From Bacteroidota bacterium (GTDB lineage: Bacteria > Bacteroidota > Bacteroidia > Chitinophagales > UBA8649), in contig PKDX01000049.1 in assembly GCA_002862745.1 (NCBI GenBank), positions 36,810 through 100,809 on the forward strand: 64,000 nt of DNA. The letters run 5' to 3'. Made by a program: the position numbers and the translations under genes. The notes below the pieces were generated by a model. That model ran no database searches. It was not told the DNA's origin and saw only the letters and a list, made by a program, of their open reading frames with translations. This document shows, one piece after another, positions 9,849 through 20,827 of the stretch. Each line of letters opens with the position of its first letter. Within the stretch, counting starts at the first letter, position 1.

Positions 9849-10811
9849 TTAACCGTGGTTTTCTTTTCCTAGATACTCTATGCCTAGAACCGCACCAACA
9901 CCGAGAGCCATCAACCCGAGCATGATCCAAAAGTTTATATCACCTACGCTATTTGAAGAGGGAATCCATCGCACGTAGTCAACAATCAAACCATCTTCAC
10001 AAGCATTGGCCACCACTTGACCGTATTTATCCAATGGTTCACCTAGGGCATTTTTCTGATACAATGCTTCCTTCCAAGGCCAGATGACATAAAGTGATCC
10101 AAAGACGAATCCCGCCATTAATGCCAACGTTTCACTTTTAGCTCGTTCAAAAAGCATAGCAATAATTCGAGTCAAGGCTAAAAGCCCTAATCCTGCGCCG
10201 AGAGCAAGAGGTGCTAAAATAGAAAACTCTATATCTGAAACCGCATTGACCACTGTAGCATAGCTTCCCATAAGCAGTAATATGTATGACCCGCTTAGCC
10301 CCGGAAGGACCATGCTACAGGCAGCTACTAAGCCACATAAGGCCATGTACACAAAACCATCACCTCCTTTCATTGGAGGAAGGAATCCGATACCCATAGC
10401 AACAGCTACACCTACTACAAATAGCACAAAGGTGAGCACAGACCGTTCATCCACGCGTTTTACTACCGTATAAACCGAAGCTAGGATAAGTCCAAAGAAG
10501 AGGGCATTCACTTGCATTGGGTAGGCACATAACAAACCAGATAAAACATTGGCTAGGGCTATAATTCCAACCGCCACACCAAAAAACAACATCGATAGAA
10601 ATCCGCCGTTGACATGCTTGAAAGCATCAAACCATTGAAGGCGAATCAATAATCGAATAAAATGCTTGTCTATCTGTTTCAGTGAAGAGAATATGTCGGC
10701 ATATACCCCACCAACAAGCGCGATGGTTCCACCAGAAACTCCTGGAATGACATTCGCTATTCCCATAGCTAAGCCAACAGCAAAGGTCTGAATATATCGT
10801 CTAATTGACAT
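9849..10811 (-). CDS. DUF368 family integral membrane protein
   Basis: 320-aa polytopic membrane ORF with duplicated IPGVSGGTIAL / LPGLSGSYILLL motifs characteristic of DUF368. Confidence 0.65.
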   Translation of the reverse strand: MSIRRYIQTFAVGLAMGIANVIPGVSGGTIALVGGVYADIFSSLKQIDKHFIRLLIRLQWFDAFKHVNGGFLSMLFFGVAVGIIALANVLSGLLCAYPMQVNALFFGLILASVYTVVKRVDERSVLTFVLFVVGVAVAMGIGFLPPMKGGDGFVYMALCGLVAACSMVLPGLSGSYILLLMGSYATVVNAVSDIEFSILAPLALGAGLGLLALTRIIAMLFERAKSETLALMAGFVFGSLYVIWPWKEALYQKNALGEPLDKYGQVVANACEDGLIVDYVRWIPSSNSVGDINFWIMLGLMALGVGAVLGIEYLGKENHG

Positions 10812-10826
10812 GCGCCCAATGTATGG

Positions 10827-12227
10827 TTATGTGCGCAAAAGATTGGCAAAAAGAGGATCATCGGCCATGTGAGGCTCAGATAAAATCCAATGACTTGCCC
10901 GCTGCTCATCACAAACCATGCCTTGTTCTGCACTGACAATGGCCTGATTTCGTCGGCCCAAAGTGTAGCAGTATACAGCATGGGCAAAATGGAAGTCCGC
11001 CTCATGAGGGAAAAGCTCGATGCAATCTTCTAACCAGTCAATAGCATTCTGAACCGCCCCAGCTTCAACATAGAGCATGGCGAGTTCCATCATGAGGCGT
11101 TGATTATCAGGATTATCCTTGACGATGTCTTTGAGTAGCGAAATCGCTAACTCCCAATCACTAAGTTCCTTGTAGGCTTCCATCAACGTGATGGAATAAT
11201 CGAGATTGCTGCGATTTAATCGAACAGCCTTTTCCAAAGGAGAAAGGCAATCTTCATATTTTTCTTCAGCCAACAAACAACAACCAAGACCATAGAAGGC
11301 CTCATCGTTTCTTGGATCTAATGATATACACCTTCTATAATATACCTTGGCTTCATCCACATCATTGACCATCGCATAGCAATTCGCTAAACGGAGGAAG
11401 ACATCGCGATTGGGAAGGTTTAATTCAAGTACTGAATGATACAAGGCCAACGCCTTTTCATAATCCTGTAACTCCACGTAAAGGTCGGCACATAAAATCG
11501 ATGCCGCATCGTGCCCTTCATTGATAGCCAAGACAAATTCCAAGGCAGAAATTGCCTCTTTGAGGTTTTCCATTCCGATATGAGCCTGAGCAATATTAAA
11601 CCATGCCGCCTCATGATAGGGATCATTATCCAATAGTCCTTGGTGGATCTCTATACTCTTCGCATACATGCCCGTTAACTCCACGGCAAACCATAGACGA
11701 TTGAGCGCATCGACATGCTTCGGATGGAGTTTAAGCAATGCCTCAAGGGCCTCTATAACTTCAACGTAGTGCTCGACATCTTCATAAATGTCAGCCAATT
11801 CGATGTATAATTCAATGGCCTCTTCTTTAGAAGCTATTCGCAAACGGTCGTTCACAAGATCGATGGCTTGTTGATGTTTATCCCGCATAGCAAGAAGATC
11901 TGCTCGATTGAGCACAATCTGTAGATCATTGGGTTGTAAACTTTCAGCAACATCGAGCCACTCTTCGGCTTGTTCCAATTGACCAAGCTCTAACAAAACT
12001 TCTGCATGCTTTAGACTCAAGGACCCTGCATACGGATGAGCTTTGCATCCTGATTGAATCAAACTTATAGCTTGTTCAAAGTCCCCGGTAGAAAAATAAT
12101 GATCAAATAGCTCCTCATACTCCGAGACCTCTAGGTAGATAAAATCACCCATTGCCTTCGCCGTCTCATACTTTTGGATGATACGACCAAGGTCACTCAT
12201 AAAGCCATCAAAATCCCTGTCAAACAT
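10827..12227 (-). CDS. tetratricopeptide (TPR) repeat protein
   Basis: 466-aa acidic all-helical ORF with many periodic units of about 34 aa (A..YY..G......A/EA...F..AL..dP). Confidence 0.7.
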   Translation of the reverse strand: MFDRDFDGFMSDLGRIIQKYETAKAMGDFIYLEVSEYEELFDHYFSTGDFEQAISLIQSGCKAHPYAGSLSLKHAEVLLELGQLEQAEEWLDVAESLQPNDLQIVLNRADLLAMRDKHQQAIDLVNDRLRIASKEEAIELYIELADIYEDVEHYVEVIEALEALLKLHPKHVDALNRLWFAVELTGMYAKSIEIHQGLLDNDPYHEAAWFNIAQAHIGMENLKEAISALEFVLAINEGHDAASILCADLYVELQDYEKALALYHSVLELNLPNRDVFLRLANCYAMVNDVDEAKVYYRRCISLDPRNDEAFYGLGCCLLAEEKYEDCLSPLEKAVRLNRSNLDYSITLMEAYKELSDWELAISLLKDIVKDNPDNQRLMMELAMLYVEAGAVQNAIDWLEDCIELFPHEADFHFAHAVYCYTLGRRNQAIVSAEQGMVCDEQRASHWILSEPHMADDPLFANLLRT

Positions 12228-12334
12228 AAGCTCACTTAGATCTTAATAGGAAAGATATATAATGCTCTGAGCATCTTTTGTAAATGTTCTTCACGCCAAC
12301 GGATAATTGTGGATAGCCCTAAGAAAACGTCAGA

Positions 12335-13864
12335 TTACAAGGGAATGTTGCCGTGTTTTTTACGTGGCAAGTTGTCGACCTTTTGAGAAAGCATATCCAA
12401 CCCTCGCGCAATTTTAGCGCGGCTTTCTTCCGGCAGAATAACCGCATCGATAAACCCTCGTGCAGCAGCCTTATAAGGATTCATAAATTCTTCTCGGTAA
12501 GCCGCTACCTTTTCCTCAAGCATAGCCTCAGGATCATCAGCTTGTTTGATTTCATGCTTATAAATGATTTCCGCTGCACCTTGGGGTCCCATTACAGCAA
12601 TTTCTGCATCTGGCCAAGCATAGTTTAAGTCTCCTCCAATATGTTTTGAAGACATAACATCGTAAGCTCCTCCATAGGCTTTGCGGGTTATAATGGTGAT
12701 TTTAGGAACAGTGGCTTCTGCGTAAGCGTAGAGCAACTTGGCACCATTGGATATAATCCCATTCCACTCTTGGTCGGTTCCCGGTAAAAATCCAGGAACA
12801 TCTACCAGGGTAACTAAAGGAATATTAAAACTGTCGCAAAAGCGTACAAATCGAGCTCCCTTTCTCGAAGATTCAATATCTAAAACACCCGCAAGTACGG
12901 CAGGCTGATTGGCTACTATGCCCACTGACCTACCCTCTATTCTAGCAAAGCCAACTAGTATATTTTCAGCATAATCCTTATGGATTTCAAAGAAGCTATT
13001 TTCATCAATGATGGCATATAGCACCTCCCGCATATCGTAGGGCTGAGATGCTGAAGAGGGCATTATATCTTGCAGCGATTCACCTGATACTGCAGGATCT
13101 AACGCTTCGGCTAAGGGAGGATTGTCTTCACAGTTTTGAGGGATGTAGGACAATAGTTGCTGAATACCCCGCAAAGCTTTAATCTCATCGGCAAAGGTGC
13201 AATGCGTCACTCCAGACTTACTGGCATGGCTTTGAGCGCCTCCTAACTCCTCAGAAGTAACTTCTTCATGGGTTACTGTTTTTACAACATTTGGTCCTGT
13301 GACAAACATGTAGGATGTTTTTTCCACCATGAGGATGAAGTCTGTAATGGCCGGTGAATAGACCGCCCCGCCCGCGCAAGGACCTAATATTGCGCTGATC
13401 TGAGGTACAACACCGCTCGCTCTTGTATTACGATAGAAAATATCTGCATAGCCTCCAAGGCTCTTTACGCCATCTTGGATACGCGCACCTCCACTGTCAT
13501 TTAATCCAATGACCGGTGCACCATTCTGCATGGCAAGATCCATGATCTTACATATTTTTTCTGCGTGCGTCTCACTTAATGAGCCGCCAAAAACAGTAAA
13601 ATCTTGACTGTATATGTAGACTAATCTCCCTTGAATTTTACCAAAACCAGTAACAACTCCATCTCCATAAAATGATTGATCGTTCTGAGCAGTACGAGCT
13701 TCAACAAACATCCCAATCTCCTCAAAGCTTCCTTTGTCGAGTAAGACCTCTATTCGTTCTCTTGCAGTTAGTTTGCCCTTGGCGTGCTGTTTTTCAATAC
13801 GCTCTTCGCCTCCACCCAATTTTGCAATTTCTTTACGTTGTTGTAACTCCTTTTGTTTGTTCAT
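12335..13864 (-). CDS. acyl-CoA carboxylase carboxyltransferase subunit (propionyl-CoA carboxylase beta / methylmalonyl-CoA decarboxylase alpha family)
   Basis: 509 aa. [12 protein letters not shown] and [16 protein letters not shown] in the N-half, and [11 protein letters not shown] in the C-half, are diagnostic carboxyltransferase blocks. No partner biotin-carrier or Na+-pump subunits are adjacent, so the physiological complex is not assigned. Confidence 0.85.
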   Translation of the reverse strand: MNKQKELQQRKEIAKLGGGEERIEKQHAKGKLTARERIEVLLDKGSFEEIGMFVEARTAQNDQSFYGDGVVTGFGKIQGRLVYIYSQDFTVFGGSLSETHAEKICKIMDLAMQNGAPVIGLNDSGGARIQDGVKSLGGYADIFYRNTRASGVVPQISAILGPCAGGAVYSPAITDFILMVEKTSYMFVTGPNVVKTVTHEEVTSEELGGAQSHASKSGVTHCTFADEIKALRGIQQLLSYIPQNCEDNPPLAEALDPAVSGESLQDIMPSSASQPYDMREVLYAIIDENSFFEIHKDYAENILVGFARIEGRSVGIVANQPAVLAGVLDIESSRKGARFVRFCDSFNIPLVTLVDVPGFLPGTDQEWNGIISNGAKLLYAYAEATVPKITIITRKAYGGAYDVMSSKHIGGDLNYAWPDAEIAVMGPQGAAEIIYKHEIKQADDPEAMLEEKVAAYREEFMNPYKAAARGFIDAVILPEESRAKIARGLDMLSQKVDNLPRKKHGNIPL

Positions 13865-13960
13865 CTGCTTTGATCAATTTTTTAGTCCCACCAACGAAAT
13901 ACCTTGGTGCCATAAATACCCTTTGATGATGAAGATAGAAAATTGCACCCGTAAGGTCCG

Positions 13961-15310
13961 CTAAGAATTTTTGATTTGCTCGATAGCCTTAGGAAAGAAC
14001 CACTTAAACCATGCCAAGCCAAGCCCTCCTGTCAAAATCCAATAGACAATCTCACTAGACCATCCCCAAGCAAGACTTGTACAATTAATGCCATAAAAGA
14101 ATAGAATCAAGAAGCCAATGAAGCCAATGCAACTCACAATTTCAATAACCAAGGACCAAGCGGTTTGGCCCAAGCCTACAATAGCATTAAATAAAATCGT
14201 ACTAATGGAATACACCCACAAAGAGCCCATGGAGACATAGAGCGTCATCAAACCTACTTCGACGAGTTCAGGCGTTGTAATCCACAGGAGAAGGGTTCTT
14301 GGCATCAAGATTACAGGAATAGTGACCCCGATAGCGACTAAGAGGCTCAATCTTACCATTCGTTTGATAGTGGGAACAATCTCATCATAGGCTTCCTTCC
14401 CGACTAGATTGCCAATCGCCGTATTGGTGGTCGAAGCAAAAGCGTAAGACGTTACTCCAAAAAGAATGTAGAGATTTTTTACCGGTCCCGAAGCAGCCCA
14501 AGCCGTTGACCCCAATTTTCGCTCGACCAAAGTAAAAAATAGAAACCATGTAGTCAAGGCAACAATCGCTTGAAAAATAAGCGGCAACGACGTCCAATTG
14601 ATTTGAGAAAAAAGTTGACGACTAAACGCCTTAAAATGGAAAATCTTGAGTCTTGGAATCAATCGTTGATACAACAATCCACCGATAAAAACTGCGAGGG
14701 AAACAACTTCTGCAATGTTTGAAGCCCACGCAGCACCTCGAATTCCCATCGGCTCGAAGCCAAATTTTCCAAAAACAAATACCCAATTCAGAAAGATGTT
14801 TGTCAATGACATTGAAGCGATGGCCACAGCAAGTATTTTAGTGCGCTCAATTCCACTATACATGGCCAACATCGCACAGCCTAGAAAAGAAAATCCAAAT
14901 CCGATTTTCCGAATGGAGAGGTAATCCCACGAGGCTTCAATCGCTTCTGGTGTGTTGAGCAATGCCGACAATAAGGTCAAGCCAAACTGATCCACGAGCA
15001 AAAGAAGGAACATCGCCATGGCGAGCAGGGTGATCATCGCATGATCAACTATGGCTCCTACTTTGTGCAAGGCATTCGCACCAACTTGATTCGCTACTAG
15101 GATTTGAACCCCTTTGCAGTAGGCATATCCCATGATAAATATTGTGGTATATAGATGTCCCACGTAGCTGATAGCGCCTTGTTCAATCGGACCAACAAAC
15201 TTCATAAAGTACATATCAGCAAAGCCGATTGCAGAATAGGCAAGGTTACCGAGAATCAGTGGAAGGGCAATGTTAAAAATTCGTTGATACGAAAAGCTCA
15301 ATTGTCTCAT
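13961..15310 (-). CDS. MATE family efflux transporter
   Basis: 449 aa, about 12 TM helices, N-terminal IFNIALPLILGNLAYSAIGFADMYFM typical of MATE/NorM-like proteins. Confidence 0.65.
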   Translation of the reverse strand: MRQLSFSYQRIFNIALPLILGNLAYSAIGFADMYFMKFVGPIEQGAISYVGHLYTTIFIMGYAYCKGVQILVANQVGANALHKVGAIVDHAMITLLAMAMFLLLLVDQFGLTLLSALLNTPEAIEASWDYLSIRKIGFGFSFLGCAMLAMYSGIERTKILAVAIASMSLTNIFLNWVFVFGKFGFEPMGIRGAAWASNIAEVVSLAVFIGGLLYQRLIPRLKIFHFKAFSRQLFSQINWTSLPLIFQAIVALTTWFLFFTLVERKLGSTAWAASGPVKNLYILFGVTSYAFASTTNTAIGNLVGKEAYDEIVPTIKRMVRLSLLVAIGVTIPVILMPRTLLLWITTPELVEVGLMTLYVSMGSLWVYSISTILFNAIVGLGQTAWSLVIEIVSCIGFIGFLILFFYGINCTSLAWGWSSEIVYWILTGGLGLAWFKWFFPKAIEQIKNS

Positions 15311-15435
15311 TTATCATCCATGAGACGGCAAGGTAGTTAATGCCCTGAGGAAATCGCGCTTTTTTCAATTCAAAGAGCATAAGTATCTTCTGCAAAGCGC
15401 CAAAAATCATTACCTTTCCATTCAAATTGTTTACA

Positions 15436-17805
15436 ATGAATGCAAGCAACCAAATGAACATTAAAATCGGTTTGATTAGTGTCTTTGCTATTCTAGCAGT
15501 GATTTTAGCAGCCCAGATTTGGGGTTACATAGGATTTTATAACGAAGTGCAGGTTTCTATTAGCGAGCAGGATGAATCCGTACGAGGTAAAATGGAAAGC
15601 TTAATTGAATTTCAAAAACTGCATATCGAGCAAAATAATACGTTTGCCCAGTTAGCCTATGCCACAAGCTCTGAAGAGCTTGAATCGTGGATAAATTACA
15701 ATACCGCAACAGCCGCAGCGATCACCGATGCGCTCATCTCAGATCAAGCAAAACTCCAGATGCTTGTTGAATTCAGTTTTTTACATCGGATATCCATCAT
15801 TACAAGTCAAATTGATGGGCTATATGATGAGGCTAATGAAGAGTCACTTGAAGACACTCTAAATGCATTGACAAAGCAATGGGTCCTATCCAATATGTCC
15901 AACAAGTATGTGGCTGATTTATATACCAACAAACCCAAAACCACGGTAGCTATAATTTTTGGATCGCAGGACAGCGTACAAATTGCAAAACTTGAGCAAG
16001 CGCTTTCTAACCCTGCAGATACTTCACGTGATTCAACAGTGAAACTTGAAGATCTGGTACTTACCCAGCTTAACAATGAGGGAATTGGAAGAATTGTCAG
16101 CGCGGTTAGACCAACAAGCGGCCATATTGAATTCATCTTCTCTTCGGGTAACCGACTTATCGATCGACTAAAAGCCGTCTACAATAAAGAAAATACAGTT
16201 CGCTTGGATGACGTGTCGCTTGGTTTGACCCAAGAATGGATTATGGCAAACTTTGATGGCTATCAAACAGAGCTTGCCGAGATTGCGAACACCTACCTAG
16301 CAAACATTCTCAATCAAGAAGCCATTCTTGTGAGTAACGGCCCTCTATCCCCTAGAAAGAGTCGTCTAGTTGAAATCCAAACAGAATTAGCAAGAACACT
16401 TGCTGATCTGCTAAGTATGGATTACCTGATTCGCGATTTAGCGCAAACCGACCTGGCCTACCATAATAACTGGATAGGGCGATACCCAGAGGCCAACACC
16501 TTAGAGTCCATTCAAAATACCTTAGCCGATAGCACTTTCAATGAGTTAGAATTTCTCAAAGAGGTTATGGAATTCGAGCAAGATGCTTTGGATACTGCAG
16601 AGCTGACATCCCTTGAACAATTGGGCACACCGGATAGTCTAGCTCAGGCGCTTTACACAAGATTTTCTTTGGGAAGCCAAGTTGCTTCCATGCTCAATGG
16701 AGGAAATAGCAACACCCTCTCTCTTTGGTTGTATACTGAAGATGCTAACGCCAACGGTTTCACTAAGATTTACCGAAATGAACTAGAACAAAACAGAAGC
16801 AATTTCAATACTTGGCGATCCATTGCAAACAACATTTTTACGTCAAACAAAAAAATATCAGACAAAGTCAAAACAGTAGGAGTTGTCGATATCGCATCGA
16901 TGTTTAATGATGATATCGGCCCATTGACCTTCACTTTCTCCGTAGATTCTTCGGGATACTACATTACCGAGACTTTTCAGAAAGTGTCTCACGAGGGCAG
17001 CTTTGTCAAGATATACGAGGATCTTTACACGTATTACCTAAAAGGTGTGCGGGGTAGTATTGATCTCTCCACTAATGACGAGAACAAGGCCAATGCATCC
17101 GTGTATGAAAAATATGCAGGAAATCTTTTCAGCAATTCTACAGGACGTTTTATGGACTTCAAGGATGTCTTGGCAAGTAATCTCCATTTAGTAAATCTTG
17201 ATAAAAACAGCTTTCAGGACCGATTAGAGGCTGTTGAAGCAAACTTTGATAAAACCTTTAATGATGCATACAATCAGCATAAAATTGAGGCGTTCAAGGC
17301 ATTCAATGCGGTACTTGTCGACTCAACAGCAGATTCAACAGCATGGCAAATCTTTTCTATCGAGTGGGATATGAACTTCGAGAAAATCTTAAGCTTAGCA
17401 AGCCGCGTGATTAATGATGGAATAGGAGATGATGCAAGCTTTGGAGAGTTCAGCGTTTTAGTCGATGAAAACTACAACAAGGTTCAACGAGACATCCACA
17501 ACCAACTGGTCATGGAGGCTTTTAGCGATGCAGTGATTGAAAAAAGCAATTTCAACCTTCGCCTAGGCAAATTCAATGTATTGGCAATAGAAATTAGTCG
17601 AGATGATTACTTAGGATTCTTAGATGGGATCAATCCTCCTGGGTATGCTTTCTTTAAAGGTCCATTGCGCAATGCCAAACAGACATTAATCGATCAAAGC
17701 CCCCTTGTGCTTACCGTACAAGGTGAGTTAAAGCCTGCAGACTCAGGTATTGAAGTGGGTGATGAAAGAAAAAACTGGGCTTCGGACAAGAAAGGGGACG
17801 AATAA
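15436..17805 (+). CDS. hypothetical membrane-anchored protein (no recognisable domain)
   Basis: Long uninterrupted ORF (track start TTG 15427, first ATG 15436). A single N-terminal TM helix IGLISVFAILAVILAAQIWGYIGF is followed by about 740 acidic, N/S/L/E-rich residues with no cysteine that I can see. No motif recognised. Confidence 0.6.
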   Translation: MNASNQMNIKIGLISVFAILAVILAAQIWGYIGFYNEVQVSISEQDESVRGKMESLIEFQKLHIEQNNTFAQLAYATSSEELESWINYNTATAAAITDALISDQAKLQMLVEFSFLHRISIITSQIDGLYDEANEESLEDTLNALTKQWVLSNMSNKYVADLYTNKPKTTVAIIFGSQDSVQIAKLEQALSNPADTSRDSTVKLEDLVLTQLNNEGIGRIVSAVRPTSGHIEFIFSSGNRLIDRLKAVYNKENTVRLDDVSLGLTQEWIMANFDGYQTELAEIANTYLANILNQEAILVSNGPLSPRKSRLVEIQTELARTLADLLSMDYLIRDLAQTDLAYHNNWIGRYPEANTLESIQNTLADSTFNELEFLKEVMEFEQDALDTAELTSLEQLGTPDSLAQALYTRFSLGSQVASMLNGGNSNTLSLWLYTEDANANGFTKIYRNELEQNRSNFNTWRSIANNIFTSNKKISDKVKTVGVVDIASMFNDDIGPLTFTFSVDSSGYYITETFQKVSHEGSFVKIYEDLYTYYLKGVRGSIDLSTNDENKANASVYEKYAGNLFSNSTGRFMDFKDVLASNLHLVNLDKNSFQDRLEAVEANFDKTFNDAYNQHKIEAFKAFNAVLVDSTADSTAWQIFSIEWDMNFEKILSLASRVINDGIGDDASFGEFSVLVDENYNKVQRDIHNQLVMEAFSDAVIEKSNFNLRLGKFNVLAIEISRDDYLGFLDGINPPGYAFFKGPLRNAKQTLIDQSPLVLTVQGELKPADSGIEVGDERKNWASDKKGDE

Positions 17806-17815
17806 AGGCTGAGGC

Positions 17816-18490
17816 TTGGTTACTCCGACGATTCACCTCTTTGACGAAACTTGCTTAATCGTTGCTTTTGACGGAAAGCAATGGAAAGCTTTACATGATG
17901 AGCAAGAGATTGAGCGAGATGGTCATCGCTTTTTTTCGAGTAAATTCCATCTGTTTCATCCAGAGCAACTCAGCACAAAGGAAGAGGAAACTCTATTCAA
18001 AGCCCATTTTAGTCATTACCAAGCTGCTGATTTTTTGATACAGCATGAAGAGGTCGCTAAAGGCCTTTATTTGTTCTGGGCATTTACAAAAGAAAACAGG
18101 TCGAAAGAATCAAAGGAAAGTGGTCAAGAGGATTTTCCTAAGACCCATATCGCATCGACTTGGCTCAAAGGGTGCCTGCATTCGGAGACAGCAGAAGACA
18201 CACTGCATTGTATGGAGATACATAATAGGCTGTATGTTGCCCATATTCGCCAAAATCGATTGTTGTTTTACCAATCTTTTCCCTGTCCAAGTCATTCCAT
18301 GATGCTATATTATATCTACCAATGCATACAAGAACTTCATCTCAAACCTGAATCGACTTTCTTTCAATGTCTAACTGAGACAGATCTTGACAATACTGTG
18401 AGTCAGGAACTTCAGGCAAGAATTGCCAATTTGTTTTTGGGAAATAGCTTCGAGGGCCTGCTGAATTCAATGGACAATAAACCGAAGTAA
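17816..18490 (+). CDS. hypothetical protein (possibly DUF3822-like, as often found upstream of rsmD in Bacteroidota)
   Basis: 224-aa ORF with a TTG start, 10 nt after the preceding gene and 2 nt before rsmD. The DUF3822 idea rests on remembered synteny only, not on motifs. Confidence 0.35.
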   Translation: MVTPTIHLFDETCLIVAFDGKQWKALHDEQEIERDGHRFFSSKFHLFHPEQLSTKEEETLFKAHFSHYQAADFLIQHEEVAKGLYLFWAFTKENRSKESKESGQEDFPKTHIASTWLKGCLHSETAEDTLHCMEIHNRLYVAHIRQNRLLFYQSFPCPSHSMMLYYIYQCIQELHLKPESTFFQCLTETDLDNTVSQELQARIANLFLGNSFEGLLNSMDNKPK

Positions 18491-18492
18491 CT

Positions 18493-19041
18493 ATGCGCAT
18501 AATTGGAGGACAGTTTCGTGGAAGGCCGCTTCGTCAACCTAAATTCAAGCCAACTCGGCCTACAACAGATATCGCCAAAGAAGGGTTGTTTAATATTCTA
18601 AGTAACCGTTTCAATTTTGACAAGGTCTCTTTTCTTGATCTCTTCAGTGGCACAGGAGCCATATCCTATGAGTTTGCCTCAAGAGGATGTCAAGATATTA
18701 CAAGCGTCGAACGGCATAGACCCTGCCTAAATTTTATTAAGCAAACATCCCAAACACTAGGGATTCCCAACCACAAGATCTTCTCGATGGATGTGTTTAA
18801 TTACATAAAGCGTTGCGAAACTTCCTATGACTTGATTTTTGCTGGGCCACCCTATGGGATGCCAAAGCTTGATACCTTACCCGATGTTATTATAGCTCAA
18901 AACATGATCAATGATATTGGATACCTTATTCTAGAGCATAATCCAAATCATGACTTCACCCATCATCCTCATTTTTTAGAATCCCGTAACTATGGTCAAA
19001 CGATTTTTGCCATCTTTACAAAAGAAGAAGTGCAGAAATGA
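18493..19041 (+). CDS. rsmD: 16S rRNA (guanine966-N2)-methyltransferase
   Basis: MRIIGGQFRGR N-terminus, SAM-binding LDLFSGTGAISYEFASRG, and the FAGPPYG (DPPY-type) motif. Confidence 0.8.
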   Translation: MRIIGGQFRGRPLRQPKFKPTRPTTDIAKEGLFNILSNRFNFDKVSFLDLFSGTGAISYEFASRGCQDITSVERHRPCLNFIKQTSQTLGIPNHKIFSMDVFNYIKRCETSYDLIFAGPPYGMPKLDTLPDVIIAQNMINDIGYLILEHNPNHDFTHHPHFLESRNYGQTIFAIFTKEEVQK

Positions 19042-19514
19042 GCAAGATTGCAGTTTTCCCAGGGTCTTTCGACCCCATAACACTTGGCCATGTTGACATC
19101 GTGCAGCGATCGCTTCCATTGTTTGATAAAATCATTGTTGCTATCGGTCAAAACAGTCAAAAGAGTGGGCTCTTCCCTATTGAGGAGCGGAAAGCTTGGA
19201 TTGAGCAGCTCTTCCCCAACCAGCCTAAACTTGAAGTGACAACCTACGAAGGCCTGACGGTAGATTTCTGCAAAAAGGTTAACGCCAACTACATCGTCCG
19301 AGGAATTCGCAGTGCAGCGGACTTTGAATATGAAAAGACCATAGCTCATCTAAATCATGCGATGGCTGAGGATATAGAAACCTTCCTCATTATCTCAAGG
19401 CCAGAATACTCCTCCATTAGCTCTACCATCGTCCGCGAAATCCTTCGAGGGAAAGGGGATGTTTCGCCCTTTGTGCCCGAGCTCGTTGTCGAAGGGATTA
19501 AGGGGCTTATGTAA
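19038..19514 (+). CDS. coaD: phosphopantetheine adenylyltransferase
   Basis: IAVFPGSFDPITLGHVDIV (HxGH nucleotidyltransferase motif), 158 aa, ISSTIVREI near the C-terminus. ATGA overlap with rsmD. Confidence 0.9.
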   Translation: MSKIAVFPGSFDPITLGHVDIVQRSLPLFDKIIVAIGQNSQKSGLFPIEERKAWIEQLFPNQPKLEVTTYEGLTVDFCKKVNANYIVRGIRSAADFEYEKTIAHLNHAMAEDIETFLIISRPEYSSISSTIVREILRGKGDVSPFVPELVVEGIKGLM

Positions 19515-19525
19515 ACTCCTTCATT

Positions 19526-19876
19526 GTGACTCATCACGATTTAATGGACTTATGCGAGAGGCTACCCTATGCTGAAGAGTGTTTTCCCTTCAATGAGGAA
19601 ACGTTGGTGTATAAAATCGGAGGAAAGATGTTTGCCCTAATTCCTCTTGAAAAAAACGGCATAATCATTCTAAAGCACTCCTCCGAAAGCATAGAAGAAT
19701 TAAAGGAGTCACATCATGGCATTTCAGAGCCCGCCTATCTCTCCAAAAATCATTGGATACAAGTGAATACAAAACGCCACGGCTTGCACCGACATATAAA
19801 GGATTGGGTTGAAATGAGCTACAACCTCGTTGTGGCCGGCCTTCCCAAAAAGGAGCAACAAAAGTATCTCGCCTAA
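19526..19876 (+). CDS. MmcQ/YjbR family DNA-binding protein
   Basis: 116 aa. FPFNEETLVYKIGGKMFALI and WIQV blocks resemble the YjbR family. GTG start in the track. Confidence 0.55.
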   Translation: MTHHDLMDLCERLPYAEECFPFNEETLVYKIGGKMFALIPLEKNGIIILKHSSESIEELKESHHGISEPAYLSKNHWIQVNTKRHGLHRHIKDWVEMSYNLVVAGLPKKEQQKYLA

Positions 19877-19942
19877 ACGCCTGTAAACTCACGCCAGAAA
19901 TTACAGGATAAATGGCTAAACTTGCAATTTAATCGACGCTTA

Positions 19943-20827
19943 ATGATAAAGTATAACACAAAAAATTGGTTCCTCTTTTTATTTCGACATGGCTTAAAAC
20001 ATGTTCGAGGCCACTTTTCAAGTGTACTTGTTGTAGGGATATACACCGCATTGATTATACTCGCCCATGAACGCTTTTTCCCTGGACTAAGCTTGGACAC
20101 CACCGTGTTTAAAATGCTGGGTATCGTCTTGGGTTTGCTACTAGTCTTTCGAACGAACAGTGCCTATGACAGATGGTGGGAAGGACGTAAGCAATTAGGC
20201 AAAATGGTCAATACAACGCGGAATCTTTCGATCAAGTGGTCTACTATGGTGGGAAAAGATCACAAATCCTTCGAGCAATTCAATCAATCGATCTACGCTT
20301 TTTTCTACACAGTAAAGGAACACCTTCGTGCCGGCAACTTTTCAAATGTGGGGTCTACTATTCCTTCAGCGCTCAAAAACGGCTGGGAAGAAGCTGATCA
20401 TAAACCAAACTATATCCTGCAGCAAATGACTCAAATGATTCATAAAGCCTACCAATCCAAAACGATTGATGGTGATCAGTTAAGAATTCTTGAAAATGAA
20501 ATGCATGAACTCATTAATATACTCGGTGCTTGTGAGCGTATTCGAAATACACCCATCCCTTTCAACTACGCATTACATATTAAACGAGTCGTGCTGCTCT
20601 TTTCCATGATGCTTCCATTTGCCTTTTTAGATAATACTGATGAGGATATTAAAGCGATTTATATTGTCGTTCCCATTGTAATGCTCGTCTTTTATACTAT
20701 GGTAGGGCTTGAACTCATTGCAGAAGAGATTGAAGATCCATTTGGTTACGATGATGATGATCTTCCAGTAGATGAACTCTGCGCTAAAGTTGAGCGCAAT
20801 ATCAAAGAGATTATTCAGAACGCTTAG
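19943..20827 (+). CDS. bestrophin-family (UPF0187/YneE) anion channel
   Basis: TM helices followed by FRTNSAYDRWWEGRKQLG and RNTPIPFNY motifs typical of bacterial bestrophins. Start moved from the TTG at 19922 to the ATG at 19943. Confidence 0.7.
   Translation: MIKYNTKNWFLFLFRHGLKHVRGHFSSVLVVGIYTALIILAHERFFPGLSLDTTVFKMLGIVLGLLLVFRTNSAYDRWWEGRKQLGKMVNTTRNLSIKWSTMVGKDHKSFEQFNQSIYAFFYTVKEHLRAGNFSNVGSTIPSALKNGWEEADHKPNYILQQMTQMIHKAYQSKTIDGDQLRILENEMHELINILGACERIRNTPIPFNYALHIKRVVLLFSMMLPFAFLDNTDEDIKAIYIVVPIVMLVFYTMVGLELIAEEIEDPFGYDDDDLPVDELCAKVERNIKEIIQNA

Noticed and set aside
9847-9930. N-terminal extension of the aroE ORF (MDHARVDGSRCWCGSRHRVSRKRKPRLT)
   Set aside because: It overlaps the 3' end of the DUF368 gene. 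The conserved AroE N-terminus starts at MKLGLLGK (ATG at 9846), immediately after that gene's stop.
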